In this document: positions 54,374 through 64,000 of the stretch, one piece after another
Numbering within the stretch: the first letter of the stretch is position 1
Layout of the letters: every line of letters begins with the position of its first letter
Assembly: GCA_963706595.1 (NCBI GenBank)
Contig: OY970166.1
Span: forward strand, 4,736,001 to 4,800,000
DNA length: 64,000 nucleotides
Direction of reading: 5' to 3'
Origin: an uncultured cyanobacterium
Lineage (GTDB): Bacteria; Cyanobacteriota; Cyanobacteriia; Cyanobacteriales; Nostocaceae
Made by a program: the position numbers and the translations under genes
Notes under the pieces: generated by a model
What the model was told of the DNA's origin: nothing
The model's input: the letters and a program-made list of their open reading frames with translations, nothing else
The model's database searches: none

Positions 54374-55342
54374 ATGGGTTTGGGAATCCTCCAGGATGGT
54401 AAGTGGATATCTAGACGGGATCAAGAAGATTCACAAGGTAAATTTATTCGCCCATCCACAACTTACCGGAATCAAATTACCGCCGATGGCTCTAGTGGTT
54501 TTAAGGCGGAACCGGGGCGCTATCATTTATATATCTCCTGGGCTTGTCCTTGGGCTTGTCGGACGGCAATTATCCGCCAATTAAAGGGACTAGAAGATGT
54601 AATTGGGTTATCCGTAGTTGGGGCGGAAATTGATCAAAACAGTTGGGAATTTACTGATGAACCGGGGGCGATTCCTGATTCTGTAAATGGTACTCAATAT
54701 CTTTGGCAACTTTATCTGAAAGCTGATTCCAACTACAGTGGACGGGTAACAGTGCCAGTTTTATGGGATAAAGAAAAGGGGACAATTGTTAATAATGAAT
54801 CCCGCGAAATCATCCGGATGTTTGATACGCAATTCAATGATTTTGCTCAACAAGATATCAACTTTTATCCCGAAAATTTACAACAACAAATTGACGAGAC
54901 GATTGATGCTATTTATCAACCGATAAATAATGGTGTATATCGGGCAGGATTTGCTACTTCTCAATCAGCTTATGATGAGGGGGTGACAGATTTATTTGCA
55001 GCCCTTGATGACTGGGAGAAGATATTAGGAAAACAGCGCTATCTCTGCGGGGATCAAGTGACTGAAGCTGACTGGTGTATGTTTACTACTTTGTTGCGGT
55101 TTGATGCTGTTTACTATGTGCATTTTAAATGCAATTTACGCCGGATGGTTGAGTATCCTAATTTGTGGAATTATCTCAAGGAACTCTATCAATTACCTGG
55201 TGTGAAAGAAACTTGTAATTTTGACCATATTAAACGGCATTATTACAGGAGTCATCCGAATGTAAACCCGACTCGCATTGTGCCTAAAGGTCCGGTGATT
55301 GATTTTGATGCACCCCATAACAGGGATGAAGTGGGTACATAA
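54374..55342 (+). CDS. Glutathionyl-hydroquinone reductase (YqjG / GST-Xi type)
   Basis: GRYHLYISWACPWA, RVTVPVLWD, IVNNES, NNGVYRAGFA, HIKRHYY. Confidence 0.93.
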   Translation: MGLGILQDGKWISRRDQEDSQGKFIRPSTTYRNQITADGSSGFKAEPGRYHLYISWACPWACRTAIIRQLKGLEDVIGLSVVGAEIDQNSWEFTDEPGAIPDSVNGTQYLWQLYLKADSNYSGRVTVPVLWDKEKGTIVNNESREIIRMFDTQFNDFAQQDINFYPENLQQQIDETIDAIYQPINNGVYRAGFATSQSAYDEGVTDLFAALDDWEKILGKQRYLCGDQVTEADWCMFTTLLRFDAVYYVHFKCNLRRMVEYPNLWNYLKELYQLPGVKETCNFDHIKRHYYRSHPNVNPTRIVPKGPVIDFDAPHNRDEVGT

Positions 55343-55345
55343 AAT

Positions 55346-55374
55346 ATCCCCGACTTCTTCAAGAAGTCGGGGAT
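55346..55374. terminator. Palindromic repeat / probable terminator
   Basis: ATCCCCGACTTC-TTCAA-GAAGTCGGGGAT just after a stop codon; sister of 17901-17933. Confidence 0.6.
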
Positions 55375-55502
55375 TTGAGCTATCCTAAGTTGACGTAAGA
55401 AGTAAATGTCTAGCTTTGTCTAGTATTTATATAGCAGTCTCTCGGTGTAAATCATAGTTGAAAATTATCCGGTGCGTTGCGCTACGCGACAACACACCCT
55501 AC

Positions 55503-56855
55503 TCAATGAGGAAGCACTTTTTTGAGGGTGGCGGTGAAGTCGGGGTAGGAAATGGCGGCTGCTTCGGCGCGGTGAATGGTGGTGATTCCTGTGGAAACTA
55601 AAGATGCGATCGCCAGACTCATGGCAATGCGATGATCTGTATAACTATCGACATCAGTACCTACTAAGGGCGTACCGCCAGTAATTTCCATACCGTCGGG
55701 TAATTCACTGACTTTTGCGCCCATTTTATTCAGTTGCTGCGCCATCACGGTAATGCGATCGCTTTCTTTAACTCGCAATTCCTCTGCATCCCGAATCACA
55801 GTTGTACCTTCGGCAAATACTGCCGCTACTGCTAAAATGGGAATCTCATCAATCATTCTGGGAATGATATCTCCAGCAATGGTGCAGCTTTTTAACCGAC
55901 TGGAACGCACTCTGATATCCGCCACTGGTTCCCCAGCTACTTCGCGCTGATTTTCTAGTTGAATATCAGCCCCCATCAGTTCTAAAGCTTCTAAAATCCC
56001 GGTACGAGTGGGATTAACACCAACATTTTCCACTACCAATTCCGAACCGGGGACAATTGCGCCAGCGACTAACCAAAAGGCTGCTGAACTGATATCCCCA
56101 GGAACGATGACTTTTTGTCCCCGCAGTTGCGCTGGTCCAATGACAGTAACGCTATTGGTGTCTGGATCAATACTCAATTCTGCACCAAAAGCCCGTAACA
56201 TTCTTTCGCTGTGATCACGAGAAAGGGCGGGTTCGGTGACGGTGGTTTTTCCGGCTGTTAATAAACCTGCTAGTAATATACAGGATTTAACTTGGGCGGA
56301 AGCGATGGGGGAATGGTAATGAGTTGGTTTGAGGGCTTGTCCTTGAATTGCTAAGGGTGCTAAAGAATTGCCTTTACGTCCCCAAATTTCTGCGCCCATT
56401 TGTTGCAACGGTTTAACTACACGGGACATCGGACGCGATCGCAAAGAACTATCCCCTGTGACTGTAAAAAACCGCCCTGGATGAGAAGCTAAAAGCCCTA
56501 ACATCAGTCTGAGTGTAGTCCCAGAGTTGCCAGCATTCAAGACATCCAATGGTTCTTGCAATTGTCCCAAACCAATACCCTGAACTGTGACTAATTCGGT
56601 ATTGAGTTCCGAAATTTGCGCCCCCATAGCTTGAAAACAGCTTGCAGTGCTGCGGGGATCTTCGCCTAAAAGCAGCCCTTGGATCTGTGTTTCACCTTGA
56701 GCGATCGCACCTAACATTAAAGCCCGATGAGAGATGGATTTATCACCAGGGACACAGATACAACCCTGTAAAGACAGCCCAGCCGAGGGACGCTGGATAA
56801 TTAACTTTTGCGAAAGGTCTGGTTGAGTTTCTACAGTGATGACAGCAGCCGACAT
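55503..56855 (-). CDS. aroA: EPSP synthase
   Basis: [40 protein letters not shown]. Confidence 0.97.
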   Translation of the reverse strand: MSAAVITVETQPDLSQKLIIQRPSAGLSLQGCICVPGDKSISHRALMLGAIAQGETQIQGLLLGEDPRSTASCFQAMGAQISELNTELVTVQGIGLGQLQEPLDVLNAGNSGTTLRLMLGLLASHPGRFFTVTGDSSLRSRPMSRVVKPLQQMGAEIWGRKGNSLAPLAIQGQALKPTHYHSPIASAQVKSCILLAGLLTAGKTTVTEPALSRDHSERMLRAFGAELSIDPDTNSVTVIGPAQLRGQKVIVPGDISSAAFWLVAGAIVPGSELVVENVGVNPTRTGILEALELMGADIQLENQREVAGEPVADIRVRSSRLKSCTIAGDIIPRMIDEIPILAVAAVFAEGTTVIRDAEELRVKESDRITVMAQQLNKMGAKVSELPDGMEITGGTPLVGTDVDSYTDHRIAMSLAIASLVSTGITTIHRAEAAAISYPDFTATLKKVLPH

Positions 56856-57213
56856 GAGTTTACACTTCTTGGATACACCGGAAGTTCATCAGCGACTAAA
56901 TTTGTCCCGACTGGACACTTCCTGCCTAGTATCCTATCGCTTTTTGTTCGCGTAAATTTACCAAAATCTACCCAATAGATGATGAATCTTCACTGTATAC
57001 TTTTTTCCTCGACAAAAATCACTCTCAGGGGTCTTGTGTTTCTTGCCACTGTCATTTCATAATTTCCCCCAAAAATTTTCCAAATAACACCAGAGAAAGT
57101 GTTTAAATTTATAATCTTTTATTTATTTTTAGGTTGATTTATTGGGCTTACCAAATCAGCATCATCAGTTAATATGAAGGATGTTTGACTATTTACCAAA
57201 GAGGCAGAGGGGA

Positions 57214-57264
57214 AGGGGAGAAGAGGAATGGTTGTTAAGTAACCGGAAGTTTAAAGTAATTTCT
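57214..57264 (+). repeat. 51-bp dispersed repeat, copy 1
   Basis: AGGGGAGAAGAGGAATGGTTGTTAAGTAACCGGAAGTTTAAAGTAATTTCT; one mismatch to 58654-58704. Confidence 0.85.
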
Positions 57265-57403
57265 TGCTCCCTGCTCCCCTACCTCTTAACTCCCCCCTGC
57301 TCCCTGCTCCCTGCTCCCCTGCTTCTTTTGACTGGCTGCTCCTGACTGTTAAAGATACTGGTGTTAATTTCACGTTCAATAGCTTTTAGCCCCTATCGCT
57401 CCC

Positions 57404-57916
57404 ATGCTGACCCATCACCGTAAGCCCGTATGTTTATCACTTATTTCCACTGACCTGCCATTCTGGTCTGTTGTGGAGACTGCGGGAACATTGTATCAAA
57501 AAGACAATCATAAATTTCATTTACTATTGACAGCACCGCCTTTAATTACCTGCGAACTGGCAAGTTCTCTGAATTCAGAAGAAATCCTGCTTGAAAATCA
57601 GAGTAACTCTCAAGCCTCCAGCAGTCCCAGAATTTTGTGGCTAGAGATTTCCCCCTACCGGGTAATTATGACTATGCAAGGTAACGGTCAAGTTAGTTAT
57701 CGCCATTTTTGGGAACAAGGCGTTTATGGTGTCAGCCGTTATTGGCTACCTAGTGAGTCATTGAAACCTCATAATCCGATTCGTTTACGAAATTTCACCA
57801 AAAATCTGTCGCTGAAGGGACACCGCTTACCAGAGCATTTACGGCTGGAATATGAATTGTGGGCAGATAAAGTCCAGATGGGAAGCTACATTCTCAATCT
57901 GGAAATTAAACACTAA
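57404..57916 (+). CDS. Hypothetical protein
   Basis: 170-aa ATG ORF (LWLEISPYRVIMTMQG, SYRHFWEQG) filling the gap between aroA and the thioredoxin-like gene. Confidence 0.75.
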   Translation: MLTHHRKPVCLSLISTDLPFWSVVETAGTLYQKDNHKFHLLLTAPPLITCELASSLNSEEILLENQSNSQASSSPRILWLEISPYRVIMTMQGNGQVSYRHFWEQGVYGVSRYWLPSESLKPHNPIRLRNFTKNLSLKGHRLPEHLRLEYELWADKVQMGSYILNLEIKH

Positions 57917-58015
57917 CGCCGCCGCTAGGCGGAAGTCAAAAGTTTACCCTGAGAGCAGCCGAAGGGTCAAAAGTCAAAAGTCAAAAGTCAAAAACTTATT
58001 TTTGACTTGGTATGA

Positions 58016-58597
58016 TTAACCGAAATAACTGGGTTCGTTACTGGGTTTCCACTTAATATTGCAACCAATACTGGGCTTTTGTGCAATTGTCACGGGTTGA
58101 TCTGCCAATACGGATGCGATCGCCGCGCGTAAATCTGCACCAGTCACGGGTTTACCATTACTGGGACGGCTATCATCCAATTGTCCCCGATAAGCTAGTT
58201 TGCGTTCTGCGTCAAATACAAAAAAATCAGGTGTACAAGCTGCTGTATAAGCTTTGGCTATTTCCTGCGTTTCGTCATAACACAAGGGAAAGTTAAAATC
58301 AAGTTTTATGGCCATGGCTTTCAAAGACACTGGCGCATCATCTGGATATTTCTCCGCATCATTGGCGCTAATGGCTACGATTCCTAAATCCTTGGAGGAG
58401 TAATCGTTTCCTAGACGCGCTAATTCTTCTTGGATATAGTTGACAAATGGGCAATGCTGACAAATGAACATGACCAACAATGCTTTTTGATCTGCAAAAT
58501 TAGCCAGGGAAATCTTTTTTCCAGATACCACTTCGGGTAGATGAAAATCTGGTGCTTGCGTGCCTAATGGCAACATAGTAGATGCAGTTAAAGTCAT
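58016..58597 (-). CDS. Thioredoxin-fold (AhpC/TSA-like) protein
   Basis: APDFHLP, CQHCPFV, YTAACTPDFF, YRGQLDDSRP, SIGCNIKW. Confidence 0.92.
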   Translation of the reverse strand: MTLTASTMLPLGTQAPDFHLPEVVSGKKISLANFADQKALLVMFICQHCPFVNYIQEELARLGNDYSSKDLGIVAISANDAEKYPDDAPVSLKAMAIKLDFNFPLCYDETQEIAKAYTAACTPDFFVFDAERKLAYRGQLDDSRPSNGKPVTGADLRAAIASVLADQPVTIAQKPSIGCNIKWKPSNEPSYFG

Positions 58598-58653
58598 AGA
58601 AGTTGGGGAGTAGGAAGTGGGGAGAAGAGGAACAGGTGCAGGGGGCAGGGGGC

Positions 58654-58704
58654 AGGGGAGAAGAGGAACGGTTGTTAAGTAACCGGAAGTTTAAAGTAAT
58701 TTCT
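58654..58704 (+). repeat. 51-bp dispersed repeat, copy 2
   Basis: Near-identical to 57214-57264; flanked by inverted GCAGGGG/CCCTGCT arms. Confidence 0.85.
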
Positions 58705-58890
58705 CACTCCCCCTTGCTCCCTGCTCCGGTGCGCCCCTGCTTCTTCTGGGGAGTGGGGGACAATTCTTAGTTTCTAGCCCTTTTTTTGTCTGTTAATAGT
58801 TTAAGCATTATTGATGCATATACATAAAATTAAAGACGGGAAAATTCCCGTCTCTACATTTTTTAAATATTAAGTTATCAATATTAGTTT

Positions 58891-59106
58891 TTACAGGCTT
58901 GCCAAAAGGCCGATTATACCATGTCCTGTGAATACCTCTAATGCGATCAGAGACACGAAACCAATCATTGCTAAACGACCGTTGAGCAATTCGGCGTAGG
59001 GAGTGAACCCGGTGCGATCGCCTTGCTCGTCTATATAAACCTTTGGTTCAATTGCAAAGTTGTTCATTAGACCTTGGTCATCAACAATGGCTGTATTGGT
59101 ACGCAT
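58891..59106 (-). CDS. High-light-inducible (CAB/ELIP/HLIP) protein
   Basis: [18 protein letters not shown] chlorophyll-binding motif; MNNFAIEP leader. Confidence 0.93.
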   Translation of the reverse strand: MRTNTAIVDDQGLMNNFAIEPKVYIDEQGDRTGFTPYAELLNGRLAMIGFVSLIALEVFTGHGIIGLLASL

Positions 59107-59131
59107 CTGTTTTTTCCTGTCTTTTCTTGTG

Positions 59132-59170
59132 TATGTAAACAACTGTAACAAAGTTATTAAATTTTGTAAA
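59132..59170 (-). promoter_or_regulatory. Putative HLR1 (RpaB-binding) direct repeats
   Basis: Minus strand GTTACAGT-TG-TTTACATA and TTTACAAA-AT-TTAATAAC upstream of an hli gene. Confidence 0.6.
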
Positions 59171-59351
59171 GTATCTGAGACAAATTTTTTCAAATCATCG
59201 ACAAATCTGGTTGGTCTCCTTCTCCCCTCTCCTTGCTAAGGAGAGGGGCTGGGGGTGAGGTTCTTTACTTTATTTTCTCCGGCCTCCTGAACGAGATATT
59301 ATAGTGAATCGGGTTCACAAAGACGTTTCACCAACAGGTTGCAATTTATCA

Positions 59352-61064
59352 ATGCATCGATTTCGAGTAGAGGTTATTGCCAAAACACCAAACCCGCAGC
59401 AAGTGGTTTATGCTGCGATGCACCAAGACTATAGCGATGGCTTTGTGTATGACGAGCGCGATTCTTGGCCTTCCGAGTCACAATGCGGCGAAATTATTGT
59501 TAAGCGACTTTTAGCAGGCGATCGCGGACACTATGGCTGCTATACTCCTGACACTGAAGTATTGACCCGCAGAGGGTGGGTAAAATTTCCCCACCTGTTA
59601 CCTCAAGAAGAAGTTGTTGCTGTAAATATTCAAACTGGTCAGGGACATTTTGAGTCTCCCATTGCTTACCAAAAACATACAATCAACGACAAACTTTATC
59701 AGGTAAAAGGTCAAAATTTAAGTCTAGCCGTAACCCTAGACCACCGTATGGTTGTTGCACATCGCCAAAAAGGTGGGAGTTGGACAGACTATTATTTTGC
59801 ATCAGCAGCCGATGTAGCAGGTAAACCCAGAAAATATCTCAATTCTACCTGTCTCAAATTCGATCAGCGTTGCAGTTATCCTCTAGATTTACCTCCTGGA
59901 TATGATCCTGAAAATTTAATGAAATTGGCTGGTTTTTTTATTGGAGATGGCTGCATCAATAACGCCAGTATTTATACTAGATTTCGGCTCAGAAAGCAAA
60001 ACAAAATTGACTATCTTTATGAGTTAGGGTTTGAGATTAAAGAACACCCAAATGACCGATACAGCCTCACAGATTCCAAGGTAGCGGCTTGGTTGCAGAA
60101 AACCTTTACCCATAACCAAGAAAAATTTATTCCTTGGTCTTACTTAAACTTAACGCCGGATTTGATTGTTTGTTTGTTAGAAGGGATGCGAGTCACTGAT
60201 GGCACTCAAAAAAGAAGCAGTTGGTCTTATGATTCTACAAGTGACCAAGTTTTAGACTTTTTACAAGCGATTCTACATCTAAATGGCGAATCCGGTTCGT
60301 ACAGTCTCAATCATCCCAATCAAGGCGAAGAACACAAAAACCACAAACCTTGTGGCAGAATCCATATATCTAAACGCAGAGAACCTAGAGTAGAAATCTC
60401 TCAGAATAATCGCTCTCGTAGTTATGTTGAAAGCATCGAATCATATCAAGGTGATGTTTTTTGCGTGACGGTTTCAACCGGGGCGTTGCTGGTGCGAAAA
60501 GACAGAAAAGTTGTTGTTTGTGGGAACTGCTTAGAGCATCCTCAAATAGTTTTTAACTGTGGTTATTTTCCCCACAGTGTGATGCAGCAGGCTCGTACTC
60601 ATCGGGTAGGGGTATCATTTGATGTGCAATCTTTTAGGTACACTGGGAACCAATTTATTGATGTAGTAGAAAGTAAAAAAGATATAGAAGATGTCTTTTA
60701 CCTGCGTCCTGTTGGTGATTACTCTGATAGACAAGGCAAAAAATATTACTATTCACCAGAACAACGAGCAACAGATTTAGAATGGTGTCTCGAAGCAGCG
60801 AAGCGTTACAAAGCTGATTTTGAGGGGGGAATGTCTGAGGAACACGCAAGAGGTAAAGTACCTTTTGACTATCGTCAGCATTTTGTCGTCAGTTTTAATT
60901 TAAGGTCTTTCATGCACTTTTGTGACATGAGAAATAAAAAAGATGCTCAACTAGAAATTCAACAGTTGTGTGAAATGATGTGGCCTCACTTTGCAGAATG
61001 GACACCTGCGATCGCACAATGGTATGAGAAGCAGCGTCAAGGTAAAGCCAGATTAGCACCTTAA
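59352..61064 (+). CDS. thyX: Flavin-dependent thymidylate synthase ThyX, interrupted by an intein
   Basis: GHYG|...|CLEHP, QARTHR..SFDVQSFRY, NLRSFMHF..MR...AQLEI. Confidence 0.93.
   Translation: MHRFRVEVIAKTPNPQQVVYAAMHQDYSDGFVYDERDSWPSESQCGEIIVKRLLAGDRGHYGCYTPDTEVLTRRGWVKFPHLLPQEEVVAVNIQTGQGHFESPIAYQKHTINDKLYQVKGQNLSLAVTLDHRMVVAHRQKGGSWTDYYFASAADVAGKPRKYLNSTCLKFDQRCSYPLDLPPGYDPENLMKLAGFFIGDGCINNASIYTRFRLRKQNKIDYLYELGFEIKEHPNDRYSLTDSKVAAWLQKTFTHNQEKFIPWSYLNLTPDLIVCLLEGMRVTDGTQKRSSWSYDSTSDQVLDFLQAILHLNGESGSYSLNHPNQGEEHKNHKPCGRIHISKRREPRVEISQNNRSRSYVESIESYQGDVFCVTVSTGALLVRKDRKVVVCGNCLEHPQIVFNCGYFPHSVMQQARTHRVGVSFDVQSFRYTGNQFIDVVESKKDIEDVFYLRPVGDYSDRQGKKYYYSPEQRATDLEWCLEAAKRYKADFEGGMSEEHARGKVPFDYRQHFVVSFNLRSFMHFCDMRNKKDAQLEIQQLCEMMWPHFAEWTPAIAQWYEKQRQGKARLAP
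59538..60527 (+). mobile_element. Intein (330 aa) with LAGLIDADG homing endonuclease
   Basis: Block A CYTPDTEVLT, block B VTLDHRM, LAGFFIGDG and LEGMRVTDG, block F VFCVTV, C-terminal CGN followed by Cys+1. Confidence 0.92.
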
Positions 61065-61175
61065 ATAGTCGGTTTTTTTAACGCAGAGGGGCGCTAAGGT
61101 AACGCAAAGGAACGCAAAGTTTTAATTATCCCTCTTTAACTTGGCGTTCTTGGCTTCTTCTCCCAAAGGGAGAGG

Positions 61176-63998
61176 CTAGCGCCAAGGCGGTTCGATAATC
61201 TTATTTCCTTTCAACAAAGCTACAGGAAAATGTTTGAGTACATCACCAATTAACAGAATTTTATCAGCGCTGACCATTTCCCCAGTAATAGTATCTTGCC
61301 AAACTGAAGGCGCTACTGGTGGTAACTGAATATATGTATCATCCCAGACTTGCTGACTTAAAGGATATTCTCCCGGTTGAATTAAGCTAGTAAAAAAGCG
61401 CGGTGCAATGGTAATCATTGTCTGATGATTATAAACCCTCGCAAAAGCAATGATATGATTTGCAAACTTTCCCCTAGCTTCTAAAGGTAAATAGTCACCT
61501 TGCTGAAAAACTGTTAAATTTTCTCTTCTCGCTTTTAACGCTTGAGCAATTAGAAACAGTTTTATTCTACCATCTTGTTTAGTTGCTAATAATTCATCTA
61601 TCAATTTTAAAATATCAGTTTCGGCTTGTTTTTTAATGGCTTTGAGATAAGTCTCTCGTAGGTCAAAATCAACCGGACGACGATTATCAGGGTCAACCAT
61701 ACTAAAATCCCAAAGTTCTGTTCCTTGATAAAAGTCGGGAACTCCAGGAGAGGTGATTTTTAATAAAGTTTGAGATAAGGAATTAAAAATACCATAGTAG
61801 GCTATGCGTTTCTGAAAAGGGATAAATTTATGCAAGAATTCATCTTCTTTTAAAACTGCTGAAACAAACTGAGTCAAAGCATTTTCATAAGTTTCATTAG
61901 GTCGCAGCCATGCTGTATAAACTTTAGCTTCTCTAGCAGCTTTGAGGACATAATCTTGAATGCGTTGGTAAAAGTCATTATATTCACTTTCAAAAAAGGG
62001 AAATGCCCCAATCAGCATCTGATAAAATTGGTATTCCTGGTTTCTAGCTGGGTTATGTAAACTTTTATTTAAACTGGTTTTGTGAACATGATTAATTTCA
62101 CAAAATGCGTAAACTTGTGTTTTCCATTCTTCGGGGATTTCTGATAATACATTTAATCTGGCGCGGATATCTTCACCACGTTTAGTATCATGGGTGGAAG
62201 TAGCATTCATTGAGTGTAACCAATGGGTTTGTCGCTGTTGATTAAACTTGTGAAAATCGGCAATACTTACGCCAAATTTATCGGGATTTCCACCAACTTC
62301 GTTTAAGGAAATAAAGCGGTTATAAACGTATAAAGCTGTGTCTTCCACGCCTTTAGCCATTAAGGGACCAGTATACTGCTGTAGTCGCATGACAAAATCA
62401 AGCCATTGCTGTTGATCCTCTGGTGTGAGATAATTTTCATATTCCAGTAACAGCAATTTTTCAATGAAGTTTAATTCATGGTGTAGCAGGGGAAGATTGG
62501 ATTTTGCTTGTTGAATTACATCTTGGATATATTCACGGTCTGCTGCTAAGATACCGTCTGAATTTGTGTAAGTTCGATAGATAGGAAAGAGAGTTAATAT
62601 TTCTGCGATCGCACGTTTTAAGCCATTAATGGTAAAATCATTACCATAACGATGTTTGCCTGCTATTTTTTTTAATATATAAGTTAAATTATCAACATCT
62701 CCGGCTAAATTTCGTTCTAAAATTAAATGCTTTTTCTCAATAGCTAGTTGTTCATAAGCTGTTCTAAAACCTGTCACATTCCAATAGATTTTAGTAAAAG
62801 CTTCTTCGCTTGCAGTTTGACAAAAACTACCATTCAGATAATTCAAGAAATCATAACCTGTAGTCCCTTGAATCGACCATTGGTGAGGTAAATCTTCCCC
62901 TGATTGCAAAATCTTTTCGGCGATGATATATGTATTACCTACTTTTTCTTTTAGTCTCTGTAAATACTGAGTTGGATTATAAAGTCCATCAATATGGTCA
63001 ATTCGTAACCCAGTAATTTGATTTTGTTTAACTAACTTTGTAATCAAAGCATGGGTATTTTCAAATACCTGAAAATCTTCGATATTCACAGATATTAATT
63101 CATTGACTGTAAAAAACCTTCTGTAATTAATCTCTTCTGCGCCGACTTTCCAAAAAGCCAAGCGGAAAAACTGTTCAGAAAGTAAACTATCTAAAAGATT
63201 AAAGCTTTCGGGTTTACCTTGTTCACCATTAAACAGTTTGAGGTTTTCGTCAATAAATCTTTGGACTTCTGTATTATCTGTATAAAGTTCCCATAACAAG
63301 CCTTTGACAAAATCTATTTGGTCTTGTCTCTCTTTTGGTGTAGCATCAGCAGGTATATGTTTGACCATATAAAGAATACCAAGCAAGCGCACAAATATGG
63401 GATTATTTCTCCCTAATATTTGAGATAATTTGCCTATATTATGATTGAGAAATATAGCATAAGATTCTAATTTTAGGGGAAATCTGAAATCATAATAATT
63501 CACACTCAAGCCATTTTGGTCATATTTGAGTTGAATTTCTCCATTTTCTAAGGATTCACCGTAAAAATTGCCCAGCAAAGGCGCTAAAATTGGTTTTTGA
63601 CTATCAGCAATTCCATTGTTTATGGGAGAATTCCAGGAAATATCAAAGTAGTTAGCATAAATAGAATTAACACCATTTTCTAGAACATTCATTAGATATT
63701 GATTTTGGCTATCATAAGCCATGTGGTTGGGGACAATATCTTGAAGCCAACCGATATGATGCTGTTTTAATTCTTCAACTAAAGCGGTAAATTCTTCTGG
63801 TGTTCCTAATTCTGGGTTTAATTGATTGGGGTCAACTATATCATAGCCGTGGGTGCTACCTGTTCTGGCTTTAAATATTGGTGATGCATACAGGTCGGAT
63901 ATTCCTAATTCGTTAAGATAGTTGATGATTTTTTTGGCTGAGTTAAAATTAAATTGGGTGTTGAATTGAATACGATAGGTTGCTGTTGGTATTCGCAT
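61176..63998 (-). CDS. treY: Malto-oligosyltrehalose synthase
   Basis: PTATYRIQ, GSTHGYD, DIVPNHM, INYRRFF, LRIDHIDGL, TSTHDTKRGED, LVDPDNRRPVD-like motif. Confidence 0.96.
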   Translation of the reverse strand: MRIPTATYRIQFNTQFNFNSAKKIINYLNELGISDLYASPIFKARTGSTHGYDIVDPNQLNPELGTPEEFTALVEELKQHHIGWLQDIVPNHMAYDSQNQYLMNVLENGVNSIYANYFDISWNSPINNGIADSQKPILAPLLGNFYGESLENGEIQLKYDQNGLSVNYYDFRFPLKLESYAIFLNHNIGKLSQILGRNNPIFVRLLGILYMVKHIPADATPKERQDQIDFVKGLLWELYTDNTEVQRFIDENLKLFNGEQGKPESFNLLDSLLSEQFFRLAFWKVGAEEINYRRFFTVNELISVNIEDFQVFENTHALITKLVKQNQITGLRIDHIDGLYNPTQYLQRLKEKVGNTYIIAEKILQSGEDLPHQWSIQGTTGYDFLNYLNGSFCQTASEEAFTKIYWNVTGFRTAYEQLAIEKKHLILERNLAGDVDNLTYILKKIAGKHRYGNDFTINGLKRAIAEILTLFPIYRTYTNSDGILAADREYIQDVIQQAKSNLPLLHHELNFIEKLLLLEYENYLTPEDQQQWLDFVMRLQQYTGPLMAKGVEDTALYVYNRFISLNEVGGNPDKFGVSIADFHKFNQQRQTHWLHSMNATSTHDTKRGEDIRARLNVLSEIPEEWKTQVYAFCEINHVHKTSLNKSLHNPARNQEYQFYQMLIGAFPFFESEYNDFYQRIQDYVLKAAREAKVYTAWLRPNETYENALTQFVSAVLKEDEFLHKFIPFQKRIAYYGIFNSLSQTLLKITSPGVPDFYQGTELWDFSMVDPDNRRPVDFDLRETYLKAIKKQAETDILKLIDELLATKQDGRIKLFLIAQALKARRENLTVFQQGDYLPLEARGKFANHIIAFARVYNHQTMITIAPRFFTSLIQPGEYPLSQQVWDDTYIQLPPVAPSVWQDTITGEMVSADKILLIGDVLKHFPVALLKGNKIIEPPWR

Positions 63999-64000
63999 GG

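Overview
This is a chromosomal window from a heterocyst-forming-type cyanobacterium (Nostocales-like). The assignment rests on abundant HIP1 GCGATCGC sites, heptamer tandem repeats and the psbU, ycf3 and hli genes. Housekeeping and signalling genes (nadB, psbU, uppP, ampG, lexA, argF, tRNA-Thr, acs, gatC, aroA, intein-containing thyX, treY, c-di-GMP enzymes) flank a ~17 kb DNA phosphorothioation (Dnd) island at 21.6-38.7 kb. The island has dndC, dndD, dndE, a DGQHR/DndB-like gene and a PT-associated methyltransferase, but no recognisable dndA or dndFGH. Instead it carries a PbeABCD-like module (SF2 helicase, small protein, CxC SMC-like ATPase, dnd-associated protein 4) followed by an SBD-like HNH nuclease, directly downstream of lexA. 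It is interrupted by a MazF-type TA pair, a REP-flanked Y1 transposase, a Uma2 gene and an SLH/DUF3370 gene. Other highlights are a small exported-peptide-like ORF behind a DIF1-type promoter next to a CHASE2 diguanylate cyclase, and several nested REP/MITE-like repeat families. Six genes carry insertion frameshifts that are probably sequencing errors. All calls come from motif recognition by eye; no database searches were run.
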